Source: a virus (Duplodnaviria; Caudoviricetes). Taken from it: a DNA stretch of 24,777 nucleotides. A model generated the notes under the pieces. That model was given only the letters and a program-made list of their open reading frames with translations, searched no databases and was not told the origin of the DNA. The stretch's first letter is position 1. Each line of letters starts with the position of its first letter. Location: IMG/VR virus record IMGVR_UViG_3300020044_003764, positions 1 through 24,777 of that record. One strand, written 5' to 3'. Below, piece by piece: positions 1-6,816 of this stretch. The translations under genes and the position numbers were made by a program.

Positions 1-1
1 G

Positions 2-334
2 TCGGTCAAGAACATGCTGCGCGTTGTCATAGGCGCTGTTGTGCCAAACTTTGACATTCTTTACCTGCCAATCCATGAGGTCTTTCAACACCTCGCGCAA
101 CTCTTGGTATTGGGTAGGCTCATGCTGTGCTGGCTGCGGGGCATATCGCTTGGGCTTCAAACCATCGCTGGGGTCGAGATAAACAGCAAGCCCCGACAGG
201 TGCTGTGCTGGCTGCTCTGCCAGTGCTTCTCGCAGGGCGGTGATTTCATCAGCAAACCGATCAAAATCTTGCCGCTTTACTTGGTATCGCTCCATTGCCT
301 CCAGCGCCAGCTTCATTGCTTCTTTGCTCATCAT
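2..334 (-). CDS. Partial nin-region-type hypothetical protein (runs off window start; not in ORF track)
   Basis: Manual translation MMSKEAMKLALEAMERYQVKRQDFDRFADEITALREALAEQPAQHLSG...PQPAQHEPTQYQELREVLKDL... is open to the window edge. Its ATG overlaps the stop of the upstream ORF (ATGA, 334-331). Confidence 0.8.
   Translation of the reverse strand, partial: MMSKEAMKLALEAMERYQVKRQDFDRFADEITALREALAEQPAQHLSGLAVYLDPSDGLKPKRYAPQPAQHEPTQYQELREVLKDLMDWQVKNVKVWHNSAYDNAQHVLDR
123..215. repeat. 15-bp direct repeat TGCTGTGCTGGCTGC (123-137, 201-215) encoding QPAQH linkers
   Basis: Exact match read from the sequence. Confidence 0.85.
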
Positions 335-585
335 GTCCCCCTTGTGCCCCAATCGGGCATAGATTCTTTTGATGCCAAGGCTTCCAGCTTGACGTACAGG
401 TCTTGCAACTCTGGGCCAATAAAGCCGCCACTGCAATAGTGCGACCAGAACCAAACAGCAGATTCCCATTCGCACTCTTTAAACAATCTGTCACGGACAA
501 ATGCGCCGGGGCTGTTGGGCATGTATAGCTTTAAGGGGTTGTCAATCTCTGCTTGCATTGCTGCTGCAATTGCTGCGTAGTTCAT
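331..585 (-). CDS. Hypothetical phage protein, 84 aa
   Basis: ATGA-coupled to neighbours on both sides. Confidence 0.75.
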   Translation of the reverse strand: MNYAAIAAAMQAEIDNPLKLYMPNSPGAFVRDRLFKECEWESAVWFWSHYCSGGFIGPELQDLYVKLEALASKESMPDWGTRGT

Positions 586-776
586 ATCAACTCCAATGCT
601 CGGGCAGGCTTGATAAATTCAGCAACATGAAGCAAATCTTCAACTTCGGCATTTCTCCAAGTTGGCAATGATGTTGTATATCCCATGCCACTTACTTCAT
701 AAAGACGAACCTGAAGTACAAGCACATGTTTGCCATTTTCTGCTGGAATGGCTTTAAATCTAATTTCATCAATCAT
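582..776 (-). CDS. Hypothetical phage protein (start revised to ATG 776, MIDEIRF...)
   Basis: AGGA SD upstream of ATG 776; ATGA overlap with the gene remnant at 773-859. Confidence 0.7.
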   Translation of the reverse strand: MIDEIRFKAIPAENGKHVLVLQVRLYEVSGMGYTTSLPTWRNAEVEDLLHVAEFIKPARALELI

Positions 777-859
777 GTTTGTCCTATCTTGTTGAGTGTC
801 CACTCAAGCAGTTCTTGCTGAGTGATGTCATAGTAGTCAACAAAACCTTTGCTGCCAAC
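773..859 (-). pseudogene. Orphaned 3' end of a Ref-like nuclease gene
   Basis: Translates to VGSKGFVDYYDITQQELLEWTLNKIGQT*, which aligns ungapped with the C-terminus of 1446..1724 (MGTKAFERHYNITQKELLQWVLERVQ*). Confidence 0.8.
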
Positions 860-871
860 TAGGAAAAACCC

Positions 872-1351
872 TTATGCAATTCTTGAAAACTGACCATGCA
901 ATTTTTTAGACGCATCGCAATAAGATTCATACGCCTTGATTTTGCAATCAAATAACCCTAAGTAGATTTTTTTGTTGTTGACGGTAATGTTTGCTATCCA
1001 TTTTTTTGCGGCCTTGCTCCAACTAACGCCCTTAAAACCGCTTTTGTTAGTTATTGGCATTTTTGTGTTTCTCATATTTTCATTACGAGAAGCGGGTCTT
1101 AAATTTTCAATTTTGTTGTTACATGGATTGCCATCTTTGTGGTCAATTTCATCCGGCAAAAAACCAAAGTGCCAAAGCCAAATTATTCGATGCAACTTGT
1201 ATCGTTTGTAATTTATTGAAACAGCATAACTGTTACCTGCTTTCCCTCCGGCAATTAAGCCTTGCTGAGATCGACTTTGAATTGATTTTTTTCTAATCAA
1301 TTTTCCATCATCGTATTCAAACAATTCTTTTACAAGTTGTTGCGTAATCAT
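872..1351 (-). CDS. HNH homing endonuclease with C-terminal AP2-like DNA-binding domain
   Basis: HRIIW...IDHKDGNPCNNKIENLR HNH motif; NKSGFKGVSW...KWIANI...YLGLF AP2-like tail; GAGG SD before ATG 1351; AT-rich. Confidence 0.92.
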   Translation of the reverse strand: MITQQLVKELFEYDDGKLIRKKSIQSRSQQGLIAGGKAGNSYAVSINYKRYKLHRIIWLWHFGFLPDEIDHKDGNPCNNKIENLRPASRNENMRNTKMPITNKSGFKGVSWSKAAKKWIANITVNNKKIYLGLFDCKIKAYESYCDASKKLHGQFSRIA

Positions 1352-1375
1352 GTCGCACCTCATCATTGGTGGAAG

Positions 1376-1442
1376 TCATCACTGAAAGACAACAGCAGGA
1401 CGGTGATGAATCGTCTTTTCCCCCGCTAAAGGTAGCTGTTGC
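1376..1442 (-). ncRNA. Putative cis-regulatory three-way-junction leader RNA, copy A
   Basis: GCAACAGC-UA-CCUU(UAGC)GGGG-GAAAA-GACG(AUUCAUCAC)CGUC-CU-GCUGUUGU. The loop UCAUCAC is complementary to downstream GUGAUGA (1382-1376). Same architecture as copy B. Confidence 0.65.
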
Positions 1443-1445
1443 AAA

Positions 1446-1724
1446 TTATTGTACACGCTCCAAAACCCATTGCAACAATTCTTTTTGAGTGATGTTGTAA
1501 TGACGTTCAAACGCTTTTGTCCCCATGCCATGTATGCCAGTGTTACCACGGTGATGCTCTACACATAAGCCCATCAGCGTCATGTAGTCGCCTTTGCCCC
1601 AACCGCCAGCACGGAGGTGGTGTAGCTCTACTGGACCGGGATCGTGATTGCCATGCAAGTGATGGCACAGCGCACAGCCAAGGCTTGCTACAGCCTCTTT
1701 ATGCTTCTTCTCGGCGTTCTTCAA
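1446..1724 (-). CDS. Ref-like/DUF968-like Zn-binding HNH-fold nuclease
   Basis: LGCALC...VELHH...LCVEHHRG...GIHG pattern; nin-region context. Confidence 0.75.
   Translation of the reverse strand: MKNAEKKHKEAVASLGCALCHHLHGNHDPGPVELHHLRAGGWGKGDYMTLMGLCVEHHRGNTGIHGMGTKAFERHYNITQKELLQWVLERVQ
1448..1475 (-). promoter_or_regulatory. Sigma70-like promoter for the HNH leader, inside the last codons of the Ref-like gene
   Basis: TTGCAA-16 nt-TACAAT, ending 5 nt before the RNA element. Confidence 0.55.
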
Positions 1725-2022
1725 TCTTCACCCCATTTGTGTTGGCCCAATACAGCAACCATTCCGTGAAGCTGATGGCTTGCTCTTTGGTGAACCTACG
1801 GCTTTGATGACCAAGCTGGACGACTCGTTCACCATCAATGCTTGGCATGATCTTGCTGATGCTTTTCATCTCGCCGCTTTCATGCGCCCATTGGTCAATC
1901 AGGAAACGCTTCCACGACTCTTGCGTCCAGCGACTGCCATGTAACTCAGCCTGCTTGGCAATCTGACCAATGATGGCGTGATACAGGCGCTCTTGCTCAC
2001 GGCTTTTCATGTCAGCGGCCAT
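1699..2022 (-). CDS. ninB: NinB/Orf-like recombination protein (short N-terminus)
   Basis: SREQERLYHAIIGQIAKQ...WTQESWKR...PSIDGERVVQLG.QSRRFTKEQ...EWLLYWA...GV pattern typical of NinB. Confidence 0.75.
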   Translation of the reverse strand: MAADMKSREQERLYHAIIGQIAKQAELHGSRWTQESWKRFLIDQWAHESGEMKSISKIMPSIDGERVVQLGHQSRRFTKEQAISFTEWLLYWANTNGVKIEERREEA

Positions 2023-2440
2023 TGTGGTTCCTTAGTTGCCACGCAACCATAGCTGCGTCACGTTCGTGCTGGTTTGACCTTGCTGTATAGCCAGTCAGCT
2101 TGTTGAAGTCCTCTGCGTTCATCTTGCTGCCCTTTGCCTTTGGGCTGACACGCATAAACTTGATTTCCCAACGATTGCATGTTTCCTCAATCAAGGAACA
2201 CAGCGCATCGACCTGACCAATCTTCCGGGCAATGTTGTTTGCCACGGCTTTGTTTTTTGATGGAACCCATACCGCGCTTTGCAGTCGGCTGTCCTCAAAC
2301 ACAATCAGGTCTGAGAATGATTCTTTGATGTATTCCTGAATGTCGATGGGCTGAATGGTCTGCAATGACAGCAGCTTGCCATTGCCGTAGCAGGCAACAC
2401 CTGTGTTAACTCCGGGGTCTATGCCAACAACTTGTCTCAT
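2012..2440 (-). CDS. RuvC-like/RNase H-fold Holliday junction resolvase
   Basis: VVGIDPGVNTGVA, IVFED, VSP and NQHERDAA catalytic motifs. Confidence 0.8.
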   Translation of the reverse strand: MRQVVGIDPGVNTGVACYGNGKLLSLQTIQPIDIQEYIKESFSDLIVFEDSRLQSAVWVPSKNKAVANNIARKIGQVDALCSLIEETCNRWEIKFMRVSPKAKGSKMNAEDFNKLTGYTARSNQHERDAAMVAWQLRNHNGR

Positions 2441-2643
2441 TCAAGCTCTCCTGTTTGTAGTTTCTTCATGTAGTCACGAATACGGGCAACTGAACCTGTG
2501 CCGTACCTTCGCTCCAGCCATTCCATCCGAACTTGCGTAAGAACCTTTTGGCCTGTTGATTGGTAGGTTCGGTACAGAACCCGTGCCTCACCAAGTTCAA
2601 TCATGTACCTGTCGCCAGCGTCTTGAATCTGTCTGCGTGTCAT
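2437..2643 (-). CDS. Hypothetical protein (start revised to ATG 2643)
   Basis: ATGA overlaps at both ends (2643-2640 and 2440-2437). Confidence 0.7.
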   Translation of the reverse strand: MTRRQIQDAGDRYMIELGEARVLYRTYQSTGQKVLTQVRMEWLERRYGTGSVARIRDYMKKLQTGELE

Positions 2644-2828
2644 GGGTAAGGCCATAGTTGAATCAAGCCCCACTTCATCTTGGGGTACTTACGGACGACT
2701 TCTGTCTTTTGCAGGCGCTGAATGGTTGCCCACACTTGGCGGGTGGTCCAGCAAGTAATCTCTTCAATCTCTTTGCTGGACAGTTCGCCGTGTTCAAGCA
2801 GGCGTTTGAGTGCGTATGTTCTTGTCAT
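2640..2828 (-). CDS. Small winged-helix DNA-binding protein
   Basis: LLEHGELSSKEIEEITCWTTRQVWATIQRL resembles an HTH; ATGA coupled. Confidence 0.65.
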   Translation of the reverse strand: MTRTYALKRLLEHGELSSKEIEEITCWTTRQVWATIQRLQKTEVVRKYPKMKWGLIQLWPYP

Positions 2829-3556
2829 GCTTTGACTCGCAATTCTTCATCAGCCATGTGACAAAAAATTCCACATTGAATATCTTGCTCTTGTGGATAA
2901 TTGCCAGCATCTTCAGGAAGCTCGTCAAGGTAAACATCTTTAAAAACTGTTTGCTTTTTAAATCGCTCTAGCTTTGCCATTCTTTCAAACGCATCTGGAA
3001 AATCAATTTTGATTTTGTTCCAATACCCTTTGCCGCCTTTTACGCAGCCAATACAGTTGTTGTTGTGATAGCCCAACTTGTACATTTCAGGCAATTCGAT
3101 GCCTGCTTTTTGCAGCATTGCCAAGCAATCAATTTTTGATAACCCTCTGTCAATTAAAGGGACAGAAACATCAATATTGTTTGCATCAATAAATCTATCA
3201 TAACGATCTTGTTCTTCGGCTGTGTAACCAAAAACGTGAAGGTCATTTGGTTGTTCAAATTTTAAACGAACATCTTTTTTTAATTTTCTAGTACATGGAG
3301 ATGCGCCACGAATGTTCATGGCAGAAGTTTCAAATGTCTTGTAAATTGATCGATCGTAACGGTCATTTCCAAGAATCAAAACTTCTTGACCAAACCATTT
3401 TTCGCAATCTTTTATAAACCGTTTGTTATCGGGGTGCTCTTCAATAACTTCGGTGTAAGCAATTATCAACGGCAACTTTCCCGCATTTTCAGCAATCATC
3501 AATTTTGTTGCCACAGCACTTGCAGCACCACAACTAAACCAGCAAAGAATTCTCAT
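2825..3556 (-). CDS. PAPS-reductase-like (PP-loop/adenine nucleotide alpha-hydrolase) protein
   Basis: WFSCGAASAVA PP-loop variant, EEHPDNKRF, PCTRKLKK, HNNNCIGCVKGG, C-terminal CGIFC. Confidence 0.75.
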   Translation of the reverse strand: MRILCWFSCGAASAVATKLMIAENAGKLPLIIAYTEVIEEHPDNKRFIKDCEKWFGQEVLILGNDRYDRSIYKTFETSAMNIRGASPCTRKLKKDVRLKFEQPNDLHVFGYTAEEQDRYDRFIDANNIDVSVPLIDRGLSKIDCLAMLQKAGIELPEMYKLGYHNNNCIGCVKGGKGYWNKIKIDFPDAFERMAKLERFKKQTVFKDVYLDELPEDAGNYPQEQDIQCGIFCHMADEELRVKA

Positions 3557-3571
3557 ACTTACCTTTCGTAT

Positions 3572-3856
3572 TTATGCTTGCAATTGTCGCCAAACAGTAG
3601 CTGGCTTGGGAATGGGATAAACCCTATCTTTTGGATGCGGACAGTCTTCAGGAACAGGAACGGCGCAGTAAACCTTCTGATATCCGCCTCTCAGACCCAT
3701 CTTCCAGCGGTCAACGTAAACGTCAGGCATCCCAAGAATGGCTGTTCTGACGTTGGCAATATGGATGCCCAACTTATCTGACAACTCTTGGCGAGTCAGG
3801 CCATACGTATGTTGCCGCAGCATCTTTCGGATAGCTTGTTGGCGGGTCGGTTTCAT
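3572..3856 (-). CDS. HTH-domain protein
   Basis: GLTRQELSDKLGIHIANVRTAI resembles an HTH; ATGA coupled to the initiator. Confidence 0.65.
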   Translation of the reverse strand: MKPTRQQAIRKMLRQHTYGLTRQELSDKLGIHIANVRTAILGMPDVYVDRWKMGLRGGYQKVYCAVPVPEDCPHPKDRVYPIPKPATVWRQLQA

Positions 3857-4590
3857 GCTTTCCTCAACACTTGGCTAATTTGCTGGCGAATGTGTTCAGG
3901 AATAGGCGCGGCCTTTTGCCTGTCGGCAGCAATTTTGACCAGCACAGGGTCTGGACCTGTGTGTTGGGCAGGGACTGTCGTCCGGGCTATGTCAGCAGCC
4001 TGTTGGGCAAAAGACTGCTTTGGGGCCGATTGGCGGCGCACCCAATTTCGCCATGTTGCAGTCCAGTCAGCCTTAGTGCCCTTGCCTGCTGGAAGTGCTG
4101 TCCAGTAATCCTTGAACTCTTCAAAGACCCTCTGAGGGTTCAAGTCCTTACGCTCCTTCTGGCAAAAGGCAGTCCAGTCTTCTGACAAAACAAAGTCCAC
4201 AGGCAAGCGCGTCCCGCGATTGCTTATCTGCCTCTTCTCTGTCTTTGTCTCTGTCTCTCTCTCTGTCTCTGGGATAGCATCTTGATAGCACTCTGCTAGC
4301 ACTCCGCTTGCAACAACAAAAAAACCTTTATCAATCAACGGCTTAACGCCATCTTGATAGTCTTTAGGTGTGATGTGGAGCCGAAACACTAGCTCATCCA
4401 GTGAGCCATCAAAAACACCGTCTTTGGACTCTGATGCTAGCAGCCAGAGCAATGGTGCAAGCGCTTTGCTAGCAAGTGGCAAGCACATGAACACACGGTC
4501 ATTTAGTAGGTCACGATGGAGTTTGATCCACGGTGGGCAGCGGTCTTTGTAATGTTGGAAGACGGCCCAATTCTTTGGCTGTAAAAGCAT
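3853..4590 (-). CDS. Phage replication initiator (lambda O-like layout)
   Basis: N-terminal KNWAVFQHYKDRCPPWIKLH wHTH region, ETERETET linker, C-terminal FKDYW...KADWTATWRNWVRR; internal iterons. Start revised to ATG 4590. Confidence 0.8.
   Translation of the reverse strand: MLLQPKNWAVFQHYKDRCPPWIKLHRDLLNDRVFMCLPLASKALAPLLWLLASESKDGVFDGSLDELVFRLHITPKDYQDGVKPLIDKGFFVVASGVLAECYQDAIPETERETETKTEKRQISNRGTRLPVDFVLSEDWTAFCQKERKDLNPQRVFEEFKDYWTALPAGKGTKADWTATWRNWVRRQSAPKQSFAQQAADIARTTVPAQHTGPDPVLVKIAADRQKAAPIPEHIRQQISQVLRKA
4231..4312. repeat. Probable replication origin: four iterons at 11-bp period plus a pyrimidine tract
   Basis: GATAGCA 4273, GATAGCA 4284, GCTAGCA 4295, GCTTGCA 4306; (CT/GT)-rich strand-biased tract 4231-4270; lies in the initiator linker as in lambdoid origins. 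Confidence 0.65.
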
Positions 4591-4608
4591 GATATTTCCA
4601 TTCACTGT

Positions 4609-4686
4609 CCTTCACTGAAGAAACGCACGGCAGGCGGGAAGGCTCGCTTTTCGACACGCTCATGACTTCGTATCTAGCCGGGTTTC
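4609..4686 (-). ncRNA. Putative cis-regulatory three-way-junction leader RNA, copy B
   Basis: CGGC-UA-GAUACG(AAGUCAUGAG)CGUGUC-GAAAA-GCG(AGCCUUCC)CGC-CU-GCCG. The loop CCUUC is complementary to downstream GAAGG (4613-4609). Confidence 0.65.
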
Positions 4687-4691
4687 ATAAA

Positions 4692-4700
4692 ACTATACCA
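4692..4700 (-). promoter_or_regulatory. Extended -10 promoter (TGGTATAGT) for the initiator leader
   Basis: TGn-TATAGT ends 5 nt before the RNA element; TTTACA lies 18 nt upstream of the -10. Confidence 0.55.
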
Positions 4701-4704
4701 CCAC

Positions 4705-5106
4705 TCAGGCTCTGCTGTAAATGGTGATCGGCTTGTTCTGGTGATACTTCTGAGTCATCCGGGCAATCTCCCGGTTGTCAAACATGCTCTTGGCTGACAT
4801 AGACAGGTCAAACGCATTGCCTTTGGACTTGGGCGTACCGTCTTCCCACTTGTCAGACACAACCACTGGAGCCTTTTGCTCTTGTGGCTTCATCGTCTTC
4901 TTTGTCAGTTTGTAGTAATGATTGATTTTTTGGGTTTGTCCTTCACGCCTGATGTGCGACAACTCTATCAATCCTTCTGCCATCAAAGCATTCTTGATGG
5001 CTGCTGGCGAGGTGCTGAACCTCTGGGCCAGCCTGTTGGCAATGTTACGTTGGCTCATTGGCCCGCGCTCAAGGCAACTTAGATAATACTGTTTTTCTTG
5101 TAGCAT
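4705..5106 (-). CDS. Putative winged-helix protein, 133 aa
   Basis: LERGPMSQRNIANRL...AIKNALMAEGLIE...YYKLT wHTH-like pattern. Confidence 0.6.
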   Translation of the reverse strand: MLQEKQYYLSCLERGPMSQRNIANRLAQRFSTSPAAIKNALMAEGLIELSHIRREGQTQKINHYYKLTKKTMKPQEQKAPVVVSDKWEDGTPKSKGNAFDLSMSAKSMFDNREIARMTQKYHQNKPITIYSRA

Positions 5107-5270
5107 ATTTCCACTTTCTTTTGGGTGATGATTTCAATTGCATGGGTCAGGATTGCCACAGCAGCGGCATCCCAATCCTCTTGGTTTTGACAGTTGCATA
5201 CTGCTTCGCCCATTGCGACATTTCGCAAGCGCCATGCAGAGTCGTATTCAAGTTGATCTGGTGTAGTCAT
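5079..5270 (-). CDS. Hypothetical protein, first gene of the leftward operon
   Basis: ORF overlaps the next gene; TGA-TAGCCT extended -10 lies 7 nt before the ATG. Confidence 0.6.
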   Translation of the reverse strand: MTTPDQLEYDSAWRLRNVAMGEAVCNCQNQEDWDAAAVAILTHAIEIITQKKVEICYKKNSII

Positions 5271-5499
5271 GCTGGCAAGGCTATCATTGTTTTTTGTTTT
5301 TGTTCATAGGGTATATACCTATGTAAATAAATGTTTTTTCAATTAAAGTGTAGTTGTTGGTGGTTGAAAAGCCGTGAAGTCCATCATGGTAAAAAGTTGC
5401 AATGTAAACGAAACTTGTCACCAATAAAGATGGGGAACCTACTTTCCAAACAGGAACGAATTGCAAAAACGGACACTATTTAACAAGACAGGAGTTCAC
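5271..5499. promoter_or_regulatory. AT-rich divergent control region with imperfect palindrome CATAGGGTATATACCTATG (5305-5323)
   Basis: Non-coding gap between divergent operons; palindrome read directly. Confidence 0.65.
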
Positions 5500-5655
5500 A
5501 TGAACACAACACTTTTACGCCACGCACGGCAACTGTTCCAGACATACAATGCGTCCCCTGATGTCATTCGCAAATACCAACTGAAGTGGGCGCGATCTGT
5601 TCACCAGCTTGGCGACAAGTGGCTCTTGGCACAACCAGTTGCTCGGGTTAAGTAA
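5500..5655 (+). CDS. Small hypothetical protein, 51 aa (start revised to ATG 5500)
   Basis: AGGAG SD upstream; first gene of the rightward operon. Confidence 0.75.
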   Translation: MNTTLLRHARQLFQTYNASPDVIRKYQLKWARSVHQLGDKWLLAQPVARVK

Positions 5656-5669
5656 TAGGCTTAAATGAC

Positions 5670-6185
5670 ATGACAGAAAAAACACACTTTAGAAAAGCCT
5701 TTGACTCTCCATATTTGTCAGCGGCAGACATTGTTGAGCCAACAACTTTGACCATCAAAGAGGTTCGGCTCCAGCCAGACAAAACAAAGAAAACCAAAGA
5801 CTTGTTTAACACGGCATATTTTGCTGAACGAGAAATTCGTGATGGCGAAAAGCTCAAGCCAATGATCTTGAACAGCACCAACAGCAAGATGCTGAAGCAG
5901 CTAACTGGCTCTTCCTTCATTGACGATTGGTCAAATGTTGCAATCACAGTTTATGTTGACCCTGCTGTGAGATTTGGCAAGGAAACTGTTGAAGGCTTAC
6001 GCATCAGCGCAATCCCTCCAGAAAAACGCAAGATTGCAGTCAAACAGCAAATTACAGATGACCGTCTTGATGGCGCGATTGTGAAGATTAAAGCTGGAGA
6101 GTACACAACGGTTCAACTCAATGAACGGTTTATTTTGTCTGAACAACAAGACAAAAAACTTCAAGAGGCTTTGGCAAATGGTTAA
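5670..6185 (+). CDS. Putative single-strand annealing/ssDNA-binding protein
   Basis: THFRK...YLSAAD...KPMILNSTNSK...DDW...GLRI; sits in the SSAP position directly before an exonuclease and SSB. Confidence 0.55.
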   Translation: MTEKTHFRKAFDSPYLSAADIVEPTTLTIKEVRLQPDKTKKTKDLFNTAYFAEREIRDGEKLKPMILNSTNSKMLKQLTGSSFIDDWSNVAITVYVDPAVRFGKETVEGLRISAIPPEKRKIAVKQQITDDRLDGAIVKIKAGEYTTVQLNERFILSEQQDKKLQEALANG

Positions 6186-6807
6186 ATTTAGAGCATCGTC
6201 ATTGGCCGAAATAATGACAGACCCAAAAGGCAAAGATGAAGTTTTGTCTGTTGGAGCAAAGACTGCCATTACAAAAATGGCAAAGCAGTTTATCTATGGC
6301 TACGATGAAAACATCAGCAGCAAGTACATGGACAAAGGCATCAAGGTTGAAGATCGTTCAATTGAGCTTTTGAACTCTGTTCTTTTTACAAGCTACAAAA
6401 AGAACACAGAAAGAAAAACAAATCAATGGATCACAGGCGAATGTGACGTTGTTGGGAATGGCAAAATTCACGACATCAAATCATCGTGGTCACTGGCAAC
6501 ATTTCCCGTTTTAGCAAGTCAAGGTGAGGATAAAACCTACGAGTGGCAAGGACGGGCTTACATGATGCTGTGGGACATGGATGAGTTTGAAATTGACTAT
6601 TGCCTTGTCAATACACCAGATGAACTAATTGGGTACGAAGATTACGCACTCCATTCTGTGGAACACATTGCCCCAGAACTGCGCGTAACCAGAGTCCAAT
6701 ACAAGAGGGACTTGGCCTTGGAAAACAAGATCAAAGTCAAAGTCGAAGCAGCATGTGATTTCTATGAGCAAATGGTAAAAGAAATCGCACATCAACATAC
6801 ATTCTGA
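6178..6807 (+). CDS. YqaJ/lambda-exonuclease-like PD-(D/E)XK nuclease (start revised to ATG 6178)
   Basis: FRASSL, KG...E, TGECD, DIKSSW and YEWQGRAYM motifs. Confidence 0.85.
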   Translation: MVKFRASSLAEIMTDPKGKDEVLSVGAKTAITKMAKQFIYGYDENISSKYMDKGIKVEDRSIELLNSVLFTSYKKNTERKTNQWITGECDVVGNGKIHDIKSSWSLATFPVLASQGEDKTYEWQGRAYMMLWDMDEFEIDYCLVNTPDELIGYEDYALHSVEHIAPELRVTRVQYKRDLALENKIKVKVEAACDFYEQMVKEIAHQHTF

Positions 6808-6816
6808 AAGGTAAAA

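Noticed and set aside
14-500. ORFs 14..439 (+) and 261..500 (-)
   Set aside because: They overlap the better-supported ATGA-coupled minus-strand genes 2..334 and 331..585.
1376-1442. Hammerhead ribozyme identity for the three-way-junction element
   Set aside because: GAAA is present but the CUGANGA core is not in the junction in either copy.
860-1445. Group I intron carrying the HNH
   Set aside because: The upstream gene already has a complete C-terminus and stop, and the non-coding flanks (about 95 and 12 nt) are too short for a group I core.
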